NCBI GenBank assembly: GCA_013815345.1
Contig: JACDGK010000002.1
Coordinates: 99,399-163,398 of the forward strand
DNA: 64,000 bases
Reading direction: 5' to 3'
Source: Patescibacteria group bacterium
GTDB taxonomy: Bacteria > Patescibacteriota > Minisyncoccia > Phycocordibacterales > Phycocordibacteraceae
The translations under genes were made by a program, and so were the position numbers. Of this stretch, positions 39,580 through 49,904 are shown in pieces; position 1 is the first letter of the stretch; each line of letters opens with the position of its first letter. The notes under the pieces were generated by a model. It was not told the DNA's origin, ran no database searches, and saw only the letters and a program-made list of their open reading frames with translations.

Positions 39580-42500
39580 TTAGAAAACAGGAGTATCGTT
39601 GAATAAACTAGGAGTAGGTGAAAGTGTTGACGGCAACCATTCTCGCGTATCTTCTGCCAGCAAGTTTCCTGAAACAGCGTGGAAAATCATAAAGGGATCT
39701 TTCACTCCCTCAGCTGATTCGATATTTAATTCAGCACTCGGGTCAACATTTTTTATATATTCATTGGCGAGAATTACCCGGGCGGTACTATCACCGCCAT
39801 GGACAAAAAGATGTCCCTGCGGATCTTGATATATTCCCACGTGAATATCAGTGATTTTTCCTCCCTTATCTAGATTATCTTGTATAGCGTGCGATGCCCG
39901 CTCCAAGTAACTAGACAAAACTTCGTGGTCTTTCGGTCCGATTCCAGATTCTCGCAATACCGAAAACATTTCTTGTCTAAAAATATCTGCTTCGCTATTA
40001 GGAATTGCCGCAGGGTGGTTAAAAATATTTGAAGCATCGTATCCCTTTGTATGCTCCCACATCGGACTATGGGTAAGGTTTTGTATAGGTTCTGGAGCAT
40101 TTTCTGCAAGATGTGCGGACACTTCAGCAGGCGGTGGAGTAACACTCGCAGTTTCAGAGGGATGTGATTCCGGGGATGGCGTGACTTCTGCAGGATGAGC
40201 AGGGGCTTGAGGTGCCGCTGGTGGCGTTTCTGGAGGTGGTGACTGCTCAGCGGATGGAGGGGTATTCGCAGCTTCCGCGGCTCCCGAATCAGAAGGATGA
40301 TCGTATTGAGAATGGTCAGGAGTTGGATATGATTCCGCAGCGGGCGGAGCGGACGAGTCAGAAGGAGTTTCAGAATGTTCTATCGATGCATGAGGAGGAG
40401 GTGCCTGTTCACCAGTAACATGCTGATACGCCTCTGCATGCTGTTTTACAAGAGCTTCATATTCTGAGCTGTGAGGATCTACATTTCGGATCCGATCTAA
40501 ATCGATCTCTGGTTTAGCTGCAGCAACGGGCGATGTCTCCGCAACAGGCTCGTGTGTAGGAGCAGATTCATGAGCAGGAGTGGCTGGGTGTGCAGCAACT
40601 TCGTGTGCATGCGGCAAATGCCAGGTTTTTGGATCTGCTACATTAAAGGAAACTTCTCCGGTCTTTGCGTCGGGAGCGCTCACCAATACGTGATGCATTT
40701 CTGGATGTCCTGGACGATCGAGCACGATTTCTCCGTGGTCGTTAAGTTTTATGGTATCTCCAGGATGCATGACCGTACTTCCATGATCGGTTTCAAAGTG
40801 CAATAAACCGGAAGAATGGTCCTCCCCTTGCAAAACACCCGTGCCATCTTTTGAACCAAGCATTTCAAAAAGCTTTTGTACAGCAGGCGGCGGAGTCGTA
40901 TGCGAAGCAAGATAATCCTGATGCAATTTTTCCGCAAAATGTCCGAGCAACTTGTCACCATCATTAATATTTGCCGTTCCGACATGTTCTCCGATAGAAA
41001 GACTTTCGGTAACCGGTTTAGGAGTCTCTCCAATCGCGTGGTGGGTTGCCTGAGGTATACCCTCATGAGCTTTTGCCACGTGGGCACCAGAATGAGCACC
41101 GGGATGATCAACGCCATGTGCTGGAGGATGAGACAGTATTGCCGCAGCATCTTCAACGCTTTTATTGTGAGCCAATTGACTCGCAATATGATGTATCTCA
41201 GGTGCGGTTAGCGAGGTAAATCCCATACCTCCCACAAGTGCAGTAATCATTCCAACTGCCTGCTCTCTCGCGATGCGAGTGTCTCGATTCCCCTTTTTAT
41301 ATGCTTCTTGTTGAGCTTTCAAATCCGATGCGTTAGAGATTTCTCTGCGGGCACTTGCTCGATATTCCTTGGTATTGGATTTACCGATTGTATGGCGATA
41401 GCCTATTTTGCCTAAGTACCCGGCTCCGGCGCCTACTGCTGTTCCCATAACTCCTCTTCCTGCATATAGTGCAAAAGTAAGCAATCCTCCACCTACCGAT
41501 ACCGGGGTAGCTCCAAGTGCAAGCGCCGTACCAATCGCGGCCGAAGAAACAATTTTTCCGGCACGAGCGTATTGCTTAATCCGCTCCTCTCTTTCAAGAC
41601 CTGTTAGTTTCTTTGCTCCAAAAAACTCTTGCGTTTTAAGAGCCAGTTTTCCTCCTCCTGAAAAAAGAGAATTGTATCCTTTTGCGAGGGCGAGCGGTGC
41701 ACTTTTTGACCAATTGATAGCTTTTCCTGTTAACGTCTTACCTCGTTCGTCCATTGCCTCACGTCTGGCATTTACACGAGTTTCCGTCGGTCGTATGATC
41801 GTGTCCCTTTTTCGAATAGCTAATGCCTCTAGTCTTTCTCGATCGGTAATCCCTTCTCCACTTGTCGCATCAGTAAGTGCCTTACTCCATGCTAAAACCG
41901 CTTCATTATATTTCTTAGAAGCGGTGAGTCTTCGTACCTTTACATAATGCTTATGAAAATCTTTCGCTTCTTCAAACGCTTCCTTTTCTGCCGCAAGCAT
42001 TGCATCGCGTTGGGCGGCAATATTAAACTTTTTTGCAAAAGTTTCCGCTCGCTCCTCACGCCGCCTCAATGTTTCTTTAGGAGATATCGAATGGCCTGGA
42101 AGCTTTGTTGGATCGATCGCACCAAGCCGGGTAAGTTCCTCAACACTATCTTTTAAGATCGCTCGAGTTTCTGCAGGGGTTTTTTCACTTTCTGATGCGG
42201 AAAGATTTGTAGTAACCAACTCCATACCTGGAATTCTTTTTGGGTCTTTTAGATCACTCAACAAAAGTTGTGAGTCTCTGGCGAATGGTGCGGATTCCTT
42301 CCCAGGTTCTTGCTTCTCCTCAGCGCTTGTTAATTCTTCTTCAGAAGCATTTGGCTTTTCAGGTATAACTTCTCCCGTAGATTCACTCGTTTTGGAAGAA
42401 GGCTGTGGTGAAGCAGACTTACTGGTTCGAGACGGGATAGCCGCCGTATGTTTTGCCTCCAGTTCATCAGCTTGAGCGAGCAGTTTTGCACGTTCTCCTC

Positions 42501-42855
42501 GCACCATGGATAGATTGGCTCGTTTTTTTAAATCTTTGATTTCGCTCTGATTCTCTTTTCGCAGATTTGCGGATTCTTTTAATGAACCGAGAGCTTCTGA
42601 CAGTTTTTCGGCCTTATTCTTTTTAAATTGATCTGCAACAGCCTGCTCAGCATCGAAAATCTTCTTGCTTTTTGTTTTAACTTTTTGAGCTTCCTGATCC
42701 TTGCGAACTTTGTGGTTTATAGAGCCAAATGCTGCGCTTACTTTGTTATCAAGTGAAGGATCACTGACAGCGTCAAATGAAGCAATCTCCTCAGGTGTAA
42801 GAGGTTTTTCTACTACCTGACTAAGACGAACTTTTGGAGGATTCTCAGGGGGCAT
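39580..42855 (-). CDS. Large hypothetical protein (coiled N-terminus, Gly-rich TM core, His/Pro-rich C-terminus)
   Basis: 1091-aa uninterrupted ORF, 11 bp downstream of the VirD4-like ATPase. Confidence 0.85.
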   Translation of the reverse strand: MPPENPPKVRLSQVVEKPLTPEEIASFDAVSDPSLDNKVSAAFGSINHKVRKDQEAQKVKTKSKKIFDAEQAVADQFKKNKAEKLSEALGSLKESANLRKENQSEIKDLKKRANLSMVRGERAKLLAQADELEAKHTAAIPSRTSKSASPQPSSKTSESTGEVIPEKPNASEEELTSAEEKQEPGKESAPFARDSQLLLSDLKDPKRIPGMELVTTNLSASESEKTPAETRAILKDSVEELTRLGAIDPTKLPGHSISPKETLRRREERAETFAKKFNIAAQRDAMLAAEKEAFEEAKDFHKHYVKVRRLTASKKYNEAVLAWSKALTDATSGEGITDRERLEALAIRKRDTIIRPTETRVNARREAMDERGKTLTGKAINWSKSAPLALAKGYNSLFSGGGKLALKTQEFFGAKKLTGLEREERIKQYARAGKIVSSAAIGTALALGATPVSVGGGLLTFALYAGRGVMGTAVGAGAGYLGKIGYRHTIGKSNTKEYRASARREISNASDLKAQQEAYKKGNRDTRIAREQAVGMITALVGGMGFTSLTAPEIHHIASQLAHNKSVEDAAAILSHPPAHGVDHPGAHSGAHVAKAHEGIPQATHHAIGETPKPVTESLSIGEHVGTANINDGDKLLGHFAEKLHQDYLASHTTPPPAVQKLFEMLGSKDGTGVLQGEDHSSGLLHFETDHGSTVMHPGDTIKLNDHGEIVLDRPGHPEMHHVLVSAPDAKTGEVSFNVADPKTWHLPHAHEVAAHPATPAHESAPTHEPVAETSPVAAAKPEIDLDRIRNVDPHSSEYEALVKQHAEAYQHVTGEQAPPPHASIEHSETPSDSSAPPAAESYPTPDHSQYDHPSDSGAAEAANTPPSAEQSPPPETPPAAPQAPAHPAEVTPSPESHPSETASVTPPPAEVSAHLAENAPEPIQNLTHSPMWEHTKGYDASNIFNHPAAIPNSEADIFRQEMFSVLRESGIGPKDHEVLSSYLERASHAIQDNLDKGGKITDIHVGIYQDPQGHLFVHGGDSTARVILANEYIKNVDPSAELNIESAEGVKDPFMIFHAVSGNLLAEDTREWLPSTLSPTPSLFNDTPVF

Positions 42856-42866
42856 ATATACGTATA

Positions 42867-45596
42867 TTATGACATGTATCGGGCACGAATGCTGTTTTCC
42901 ACTGTGGATCGGTCGCGACCATAGGTGAGGTAGGACAACTCACGCAAGTCATCTACTTGATCGGGTGTCCCTCTTAAGGGAGCTGTTGTTTTGATATTAA
43001 ATGGTTTTTGAGGCACACCGTCTGCAAGAATGCGCAGGTACGCGTTGTAGTTCTCTATGTTCACAAAGTCGAGCGCGGTAAACACTGGCGCGAATTGCTT
43101 TTCGAAAAATTCACCGTCTTCCTGACCAACTCGAAAGATAGCCATAGAGCCAACGTTGCCAAATACGGCATCCCGAATCCGTTCGTCGATCTGTGCAAGA
43201 AATTGATGGGCAACGGTAAGGGAAAGTTTGTATTTACGGGCTTCAGAAAGAATGGAGGGAATCGAGTCGGTCGTGATATTTTGGAATTCGTCTATATAAA
43301 GGTAGAAAGGCGGAAAGTCCTTTCCGGGAGAGTCAGCACGCGAAAGTGCCGCCATGAAAAGCTTGCCCACGAGAATGAGCCCGAGCAGATTCGCGTTGCG
43401 TTCTCCGAGGCGTCCCTTTGAGAGATTCACCAGCAAGATTTTTTTAGTATCGATAATGTTGCGAAAATTAAACGATGACTGCTGTTGACCAATGATCGGA
43501 CGCATGAAGTCGTTTGCCGTAAAGTCATCAAACTTATTGGTGATGTACGGCACGATGTTTTGAAGAGATGCTTCCCCTTCGGCTTTCGTAGCAATCTCTT
43601 GCCAGAATTGGTTCACGATCGGATTCATGCTTCGTGAAAGTTTCATGTTGCGGAATTCACTATTTGAGAGTACGCGCGCAATATCGAGCATCGTTGAACC
43701 GCTTGCTGGATCTTCCATCACGAGCAACGTGGCATTACGGAAATATTGTTCGAACGCTGGCCCCATGCTTTCAGGAGTGTCGCCATACAAGCGACGGAAG
43801 ATTGCAAGAATTTCATTTACAATAAACGTTTTCTGCTCCGGATGGGAAGGATCATATTCCAAAAGATTTAGCCCCAAAGGTCGATTGAGATACGCAGGGT
43901 CAAAGTAGATCACATCCTCATATCGCTCTGGCGGAACCGCTGCGAGGATATCGATAATGTCGTTGCCGTGTGGATCGATAAAACACGTTCCTTCTCCATT
44001 TCGAATATCCTGTATACAAAGATTCTTCAAAAATACCGATTTACCCGTTCCTGTCTGCCCTATCACATATAAATGGCGAAGTCGGTCAGCCGGCGCGAGA
44101 GTAACGGGCGTTTCCATACCACGGAATGTATTGGTACCGAGTAGCATGCCGTTTTTTGGAAGGTTGAGTGGAGCAGCTGAGGCGGTAAATCGTGACTGTT
44201 TGAGATGCGGCGACGACTCAATGCCTTTTGGCGGGAAGTGGTACATGGTCGTGAGCTCGCGAAGCGACAACGGCATTTCACTCGCGTGCGAAAGGAGCCG
44301 AAAAGAAAAATTATGAAAAAGTTCTCGTGCACCTCCTTTTTGCATGCGTTTGAAGGTGATTCTATTGCCGCGGGTATTCTCAAATTGGTTAAATGATGCC
44401 TCAAGCTCACCAAGTATCTGTGTCGCTCGCGTCGCGCTCTGGGAGGACACAACAAGACGAATGTTCGTTGCAACGACCGACGAAGCCATCTTTTTTTCTA
44501 CTGATTCGATAATGCTTTGGTCAGCATGCTCTCGGTGCAATTCCTTTTGCTTTACGATGAGCGACCCTGCTTCACGAAAGAATTCACCCGCAAGTGATTC
44601 AGGCATGGTAAGAGCTTTTGCTGTTTGTTGGCCTTCGCGGAGCGCTTCGAGCACGCGACGATAGTGCCGCACGTATCGGTCTCCTCGCGGCTCAATAATG
44701 ATTTGCAGTGCTGCTCCCTCACCATCTGCTTGAATTTTTGCAAAGGCATTGAGAACGGAGTTTAGCGGATCATAATCGAAGTCGTTGTAGTCTTTGAGCG
44801 GAAGAGGTGTGGGATGCGTAAGCTTGGCGGTCGAACCCATCGAATATCCATCAGCCACAAAGATATTATAGTCATTCGGTTGCGGCGTAATGTGTGCATG
44901 GGGAAATATTGCGAGAATTTGTTTTTCAAAAAGATCGCGACGGCTATTGGGCACTGACGCATAAAAAAGGAGATGGGAACGATCGACGGGCACCGCAAGT
45001 TCAAGAGCAAAATAGGCTGGCTCACCCGTATACGCTTCGCTTACCGAAAGCATGCCGGAATAGAACTGTTCCATCGCGGAAATCATTTCCTTAAGGGTCT
45101 TAGTTCTTCCCTCTTGATCCACGCCACTCGACTCAGGAAGCGCGATTTCATAAAGCGTCAAATGAAGCGCTTTCCAAGCGGGCTGATTTTCCGCCAAGCC
45201 CCGGAGCGGCATCCCAGCAATAAGATATTGGACAAGAAAACGATGAAAATCGTCCTCGAGATGCGGACTATTCAGTTTTTCAAGCACCGCAAATGCGTTT
45301 CGAATGCCCTTTTCTTGCATGATATTCCGCAGCTCGTCCATCGTCTCGTCATCATTTTCCGGGTCGAGATTCAGCGCGAGCTCTTGTGCTTGGTGTTCGG
45401 GCAGTTGGTATGAAGGCGCCAGTACTTCAGCCGCGTTTTGTCGGTGATGGATGATGCGTTCGTGCGCTACGAGCGAGCGAGGCTGTTCCTGTTTTAAGGA
45501 GCGCAACTCTTGTTCCTTTGACTCTACTTGCGCACGAAGGTACGCGAGCTCGTCCTCCGGCGTTGCGATGGAATGTACAGGTGACTCAAGGGCCAT
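42867..45596 (-). CDS. VirD4/TraD/HerA-FtsK-like ATPase
   Basis: RHLYVIGQTGTGKS, FIDPHG, YIDEFQN, SEARKY, AHQ, VFGNVGS. Confidence 0.9.
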   Translation of the reverse strand: MALESPVHSIATPEDELAYLRAQVESKEQELRSLKQEQPRSLVAHERIIHHRQNAAEVLAPSYQLPEHQAQELALNLDPENDDETMDELRNIMQEKGIRNAFAVLEKLNSPHLEDDFHRFLVQYLIAGMPLRGLAENQPAWKALHLTLYEIALPESSGVDQEGRTKTLKEMISAMEQFYSGMLSVSEAYTGEPAYFALELAVPVDRSHLLFYASVPNSRRDLFEKQILAIFPHAHITPQPNDYNIFVADGYSMGSTAKLTHPTPLPLKDYNDFDYDPLNSVLNAFAKIQADGEGAALQIIIEPRGDRYVRHYRRVLEALREGQQTAKALTMPESLAGEFFREAGSLIVKQKELHREHADQSIIESVEKKMASSVVATNIRLVVSSQSATRATQILGELEASFNQFENTRGNRITFKRMQKGGARELFHNFSFRLLSHASEMPLSLRELTTMYHFPPKGIESSPHLKQSRFTASAAPLNLPKNGMLLGTNTFRGMETPVTLAPADRLRHLYVIGQTGTGKSVFLKNLCIQDIRNGEGTCFIDPHGNDIIDILAAVPPERYEDVIYFDPAYLNRPLGLNLLEYDPSHPEQKTFIVNEILAIFRRLYGDTPESMGPAFEQYFRNATLLVMEDPASGSTMLDIARVLSNSEFRNMKLSRSMNPIVNQFWQEIATKAEGEASLQNIVPYITNKFDDFTANDFMRPIIGQQQSSFNFRNIIDTKKILLVNLSKGRLGERNANLLGLILVGKLFMAALSRADSPGKDFPPFYLYIDEFQNITTDSIPSILSEARKYKLSLTVAHQFLAQIDERIRDAVFGNVGSMAIFRVGQEDGEFFEKQFAPVFTALDFVNIENYNAYLRILADGVPQKPFNIKTTAPLRGTPDQVDDLRELSYLTYGRDRSTVENSIRARYMS

Positions 45597-45661
45597 TACT
45601 TTTATTATACCGCGCTATACAACATTAAAATCTCTTTTTGAAGCTCGGTGCGGATAAAAAG

Positions 45662-45693
45662 AAAAACGGCATCATCCCTTCGGGATGATGCCG
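45662..45693 (-). terminator. Intrinsic terminator after purC
   Basis: CGGCATCATCCC/GGGATGATGCCG followed by a minus-strand T-tract. Confidence 0.8.
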
Positions 45694-45714
45694 CACGATA
45701 TGGCAGAGATGTCG

Positions 45715-46607
45715 TTAGGGGATTCGCTTGAGGTTTCTGTTCGCCCAGGTAACAAGACGCGGAATGGATCGTGCGAGGTGATCCGAACGTTCCGCTACCT
45801 CTTGGTAATTTCTCAACACCTCGTCGAGTTTGCTACCGTCCCGATATCCCTGTTTATCGACATACTTCCCCTTACGGATCAAACGCCAGGAATCGTTGTC
45901 AATAACGTCGGCGATATAGAGCCGGCCATCGGGGCCAATACCGAATTCGACCTTAAAGTCGACGAGTCGGTACCCAAGCTGCGCCCACGCGTACTCAAGA
46001 AGCAAGAAGGCGTGTTGGGCCAGGAGCGACATCTGTGAAAGAAGATTTACATCTGTAACTTTCTGGTATACCTGTTCATTTTCCAGACGGAGAAAATAGG
46101 TGCCCGGAGTAAATGGTTCGTCAGGGCGATAAAGATACACGCCATCATAGTGAACCTCTGCAAGAGGATCGTCGCGTGGCAAGTCGAAAACTCGTGTTCG
46201 GCTCGGATGTTCTTTGTCAAAACTTTTCCATTTGCGACCTTTGGTCTTCAAAAAGAATTCGACTTGAAGTTCCTTGAATCGCGTACCTCTCTTAACGCCG
46301 ACATGGCGCTTAAGGTAAGAGCCGTGAGCTTCTCGCCGCGTGACCACTTCCCACAGAAGCATTCTGCATCGTGGAGCAGTGAAGGAATTCTCGGCGTCCT
46401 GCTCGTAAAAGGCGACTGGGAGATGACACTCTTTCAGAAGACGAAATGCATTCGAGGTCGTTTGCGTTGAAAGAGTCGCTTTTCCCTTGAGTTGATCGTG
46501 TTTTTGCCGTCGCCCGCAGTGATGTCGTCCTTTGAGCTTGCTCGAATAGTAGTACAGTCGAGAAGAAGGATTTGTTTTGTCTTGCCTTCGATCAAAATTC
46601 GATTCAT
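45715..46607 (-). pseudogene. purC: SAICAR synthetase with a 1-nt frameshift at about 46501-46505
   Basis: From ATG 46607: EGKTK...SKDDITAGDGK; after the shift: KHDQLKGK...EVVTRR..GSYLKR...DFKVEFG...ADVIDNDSWR. Confidence 0.85.
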
Positions 46608-46718
46608 CTTCAACCTCCAGATTCTAGAATTAGTACTTAGAATAGTGGCCTTTTCAAAGACCAGTCTGGGTTGGACTATACCACGCTGCGCGAGGCGTCG
46701 CTATTAAGTGTAAGTGGG

Positions 46719-47054
46719 TTATGACTTCTTAATGCCGAGATGGAAAAGGGCATTAATAAGCGAAAGTACTATCGAGAAAAAGAAGGCCGCCCAGAAACCA
46801 GAAACACCGAAGCCGGGAACAAAAAATCCGAGAAGCATAATAATGAGGGCATTTACGATGAGCGAGAAAATACCAAGCGTGAGAATGTTGAGTGGTAGTG
46901 TTAAAAGAGTAATAACCGGTTTTATAAACACATTGATGAGGCCGAGTACCACTGCCAAGACAACAGCACCAATAAGCGTGACGTGCACACCGGGTACGAG
47001 ATATGCCGCAATAAGAATTGCGACGATGAGAACAAGCCAATGGATGAGAGTCAT
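46719..47054 (-). CDS. Phage holin family 4 / YvlD-like membrane protein
   Basis: IKPVITLLTLPLNILTLG motif, four TM helices. Confidence 0.88.
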   Translation of the reverse strand: MTLIHWLVLIVAILIAAYLVPGVHVTLIGAVVLAVVLGLINVFIKPVITLLTLPLNILTLGIFSLIVNALIIMLLGFFVPGFGVSGFWAAFFFSIVLSLINALFHLGIKKS

Positions 47055-47069
47055 AGAGAGTGTAATTAG

Positions 47070-47582
47070 TTACGCAATACCGAGAAATTTCCCAATCACT
47101 ACGCCTAGAATAATAGCGATGCCTCCGATAACCACCATGCGAATCGTGCTTCGCAGCGGACTGACTTTGGATATCTTACCCTGCGCATACCCCAGAATAG
47201 CGAGCAGTATGATCGATAGTACTATGGAGGTGAAAATACCTGAAGCAATTGGAAAGAAAAGATAGGGTAGGATGAGTCCGAAGCCGGAGAGTATAAAGGA
47301 AAAAAACATTGCTATGGCTCCGAAAAGCGGTCCATTATCTTTCACATGAGTGCCCGTTTCATATTCTTGCGCCGAATGCTCTGAAAGATAGCTACCGGCG
47401 GCCATTGAAAATCCTCCCACAAAAAGGTACACCACTCCTGTGAGAAGGATTTGGGTTGCGCTCGACTTTCCTATTGCTATGCCGGCAAGTAGCCCTACGG
47501 TGGAGACAAGGCTATCTTCGGCGCCGAATATTATATTACGCAAGTAGAGCGAAGTGCGTTTTGAGTATGAAGTATCAGTCAT
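47070..47582 (-). CDS. VIT1/CCC1 family metal transporter
   Basis: IFGAEDSLVST, SMAAGSYLS. Confidence 0.88.
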   Translation of the reverse strand: MTDTSYSKRTSLYLRNIIFGAEDSLVSTVGLLAGIAIGKSSATQILLTGVVYLFVGGFSMAAGSYLSEHSAQEYETGTHVKDNGPLFGAIAMFFSFILSGFGLILPYLFFPIASGIFTSIVLSIILLAILGYAQGKISKVSPLRSTIRMVVIGGIAIILGVVIGKFLGIA

Positions 47583-47591
47583 AAAACGAAT

Positions 47592-48638
47592 TTAAGGGTG
47601 TAAGAAAAAGGCAATCGCCATAATACCATACGCTGCTAAAAGCTGAGCGCCCTCGAGCCAAGTACTCTCTCCATCCTCGATGACTGCATTTGTGATCCAA
47701 ACAGCAACCACTAACGAGACGAGCTCGAAAAGAGTAAAAACAAGATTCAGGTGAATTGGGAAGAAGAGACTCGCAAGCACCAGGAGCGGCGCTGCAAGCA
47801 TTGCTATTTGAATAGCTGATCCGAGCGCTATGGAAAGCGCGAGATCCATGCGGTCTCGCACGGCTGCCTGTATTGCGGATACATGCTCAGCCACATTTCC
47901 AACAATCGCGATGAATATGACGCCAATAAAAAGCTGTGTCCATCCGAGCTGCGCGACGAGCGGTGTAATAGTCCCCACCAGCAAATCGCTCATTACTGCA
48001 ACCGCTATCGTCGCAAATGCCAATATAAAAATACTTTCCTTTATCTTCCCTTTGGGAACAATAAGATCTTCTTCTGATCGATACAAATGCTTGTGCGTAT
48101 GCAGTGTAAAGAAAAGATGCCCGAAGTAGGCGACGATCATTATAAGCGCAATAATCACCGAAAGACTGAGGGATGTTGGTGCTGACAGATTGGGTGAGGT
48201 TGCTTCAAACACTGCCGGAATGGCAAACGCTATAATCGCAAGAATAAGCATGGATGCACTTGCCTTTGCCGCCGTCGCATTGAAATATTGGCGTTCGCGC
48301 TTTATACCACCAAAGAAAAGTGCCATACCGAGCACGAGCAAAAGATTTCCTAGGATTGAGCCTACAATAGAAGCTTTTACTATTTCAATAAGACCTGCAT
48401 GGAGAGCAAAGATACCGATGATAAGTTCGGTCGCGTTGCCGAATGTCGCGTTCATGAGCCCCCCAACAGCCGGTGTCGTATGCAATGCTATTTCCTCCGT
48501 TGCGTCGCCGATGTACTTGGCAAGAGGAACGATAGCAAGGGCTGAAAGAATAAAGAGCAGGAGCGGCGACACATGAAAATACGCCGCGAGCAACACGAGC
48601 GGCGGCAGTACCAAAAGTACCTGAAATATTCTATTCAC
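47592..48638 (-). CDS. Ca2+/H+ antiporter (CAX family)
   Basis: GNATE and GNVAEH alpha-repeats. Confidence 0.93.
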   Translation of the reverse strand: MNRIFQVLLVLPPLVLLAAYFHVSPLLLFILSALAIVPLAKYIGDATEEIALHTTPAVGGLMNATFGNATELIIGIFALHAGLIEIVKASIVGSILGNLLLVLGMALFFGGIKRERQYFNATAAKASASMLILAIIAFAIPAVFEATSPNLSAPTSLSLSVIIALIMIVAYFGHLFFTLHTHKHLYRSEEDLIVPKGKIKESIFILAFATIAVAVMSDLLVGTITPLVAQLGWTQLFIGVIFIAIVGNVAEHVSAIQAAVRDRMDLALSIALGSAIQIAMLAAPLLVLASLFFPIHLNLVFTLFELVSLVVAVWITNAVIEDGESTWLEGAQLLAAYGIMAIAFFLHP

Positions 48639-48678
48639 TTAGAAAGTATAGCAGGTATACTAAAGACACCTCCTTTCT

Positions 48679-49185
48679 ATGGATCCAGTAAAACCTGCCC
48701 CAATAATTTCTTTCGAAGAGTTCTCCGCGTTACGTGATGGCCTAAGCAAAATTGTGTGCACGTCGGGCGGTTTCGATCCCATTCATCCGGGACATATGTC
48801 ATGCATTCAAGAATCCAAGCAATTCGGCGATACGCTCGTCGTGATTGTAAACGGTGATGATTTTTTAAAAAGAAAGAAAGGGAAGGCATTTATGGATCTC
48901 GACACCCGGTGTAAAGTTGTTTCCTACATCCGAGGCGCTGACTATATTATTCCATTTGAAATTGAAAATGATCATACGGTTTCTATAGCGTTAGAGAAAA
49001 TTCGCCCTCATGTATTTACAAAAGGAGGTGATCGAGTCGATGAATCGAGCATTCCTGAATGGGAAACCTGCCAAAAGTATGGCATCGAGGTTATTTCTGG
49101 TATTGGACTCGATAAACTTTGGGACAGTTCTAACTTCCTGAATGAGTGGGGAGAATTCTGGACGGCAAAACCGAAGCCTGAGTAA
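48679..49185 (+). CDS. HIGH-family cytidylyl/adenylyltransferase
   Basis: GGFDPIHPGH, KGGDR. Confidence 0.88.
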   Translation: MDPVKPAPIISFEEFSALRDGLSKIVCTSGGFDPIHPGHMSCIQESKQFGDTLVVIVNGDDFLKRKKGKAFMDLDTRCKVVSYIRGADYIIPFEIENDHTVSIALEKIRPHVFTKGGDRVDESSIPEWETCQKYGIEVISGIGLDKLWDSSNFLNEWGEFWTAKPKPE

Positions 49186-49193
49186 TAAAGAAG

Positions 49194-49883
49194 TTAGGGA
49201 CGCGCGAACGAGAAACTTTGAATGATCGGTGCGAGATCATCGTAGTGTTGAGTAAGGACGGTATCTGGTATATCTGAACTACTCGGAGGATCATCGCGAT
49301 AACTAGAGCCCGCGGCAACTTGCTCGAGTGCGTAACAGGTATTGTCATGAATAATTCGATAGCTGGTACCTTTCGGGTATTGCATCATGCCGGCGCTTTG
49401 AAGTGAAAATGTCTTCCACATGACTCCATGAATGGGAGTAGCAGAAAGCGCGACTTCCCCGTTGTTCGGTTTTTCGCACGCCGCCAGTTCCTTCGGATCA
49501 GCACTTATGCCGACCCGCACTTCGACTTCATAGTAGCGAGGATACGAGTGGGCATTCGTTACCTTATAGCCGATGAAAGATACGACAGAAGTGCCAGTCG
49601 CATTCCCTAGAGCATTGACGCGCCAGGTTGCTGGAAGATGATATTGCGTATCAAATGAATTTTGTACCTTTACCGATTCCGAATAAAATATCGAGAAACC
49701 GTATTCTCCATTCGCATAAATAGAAAGACCGCTGAGCGAAGGAGTGTTAGTGGCTTCAGTCGAGCTCGCTGTACTAGTGACAGGCTGTAACGGTACTACC
49801 TGTTTATGCAAACCCCACCAGATCACGGCAGCGATGAGAAGAAAACCGATACCCAGAATGAAATAGAAGGCGGAAATTTTCAT
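49194..49883 (-). CDS. Membrane-anchored exported protein (paralog of 54164-54856)
   Basis: N-terminal TM helix, Ser/Thr linker, YGFSIFY, TSYR...CYALE, IIQSFSF. Confidence 0.75.
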   Translation of the reverse strand: MKISAFYFILGIGFLLIAAVIWWGLHKQVVPLQPVTSTASSTEATNTPSLSGLSIYANGEYGFSIFYSESVKVQNSFDTQYHLPATWRVNALGNATGTSVVSFIGYKVTNAHSYPRYYEVEVRVGISADPKELAACEKPNNGEVALSATPIHGVMWKTFSLQSAGMMQYPKGTSYRIIHDNTCYALEQVAAGSSYRDDPPSSSDIPDTVLTQHYDDLAPIIQSFSFARP

Positions 49884-49904
49884 AGTATCAGTATAACAAC
49901 GAGA

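Noticed and set aside
42867-45596. VirD4-like gene as a conjugative element
   Set aside because: No relaxase, integrase, att repeats or virB cluster visible.
46719-47054. Holin-family gene as a prophage marker
   Set aside because: YvlD-like genes are ordinary chromosomal genes; no phage genes are adjacent.
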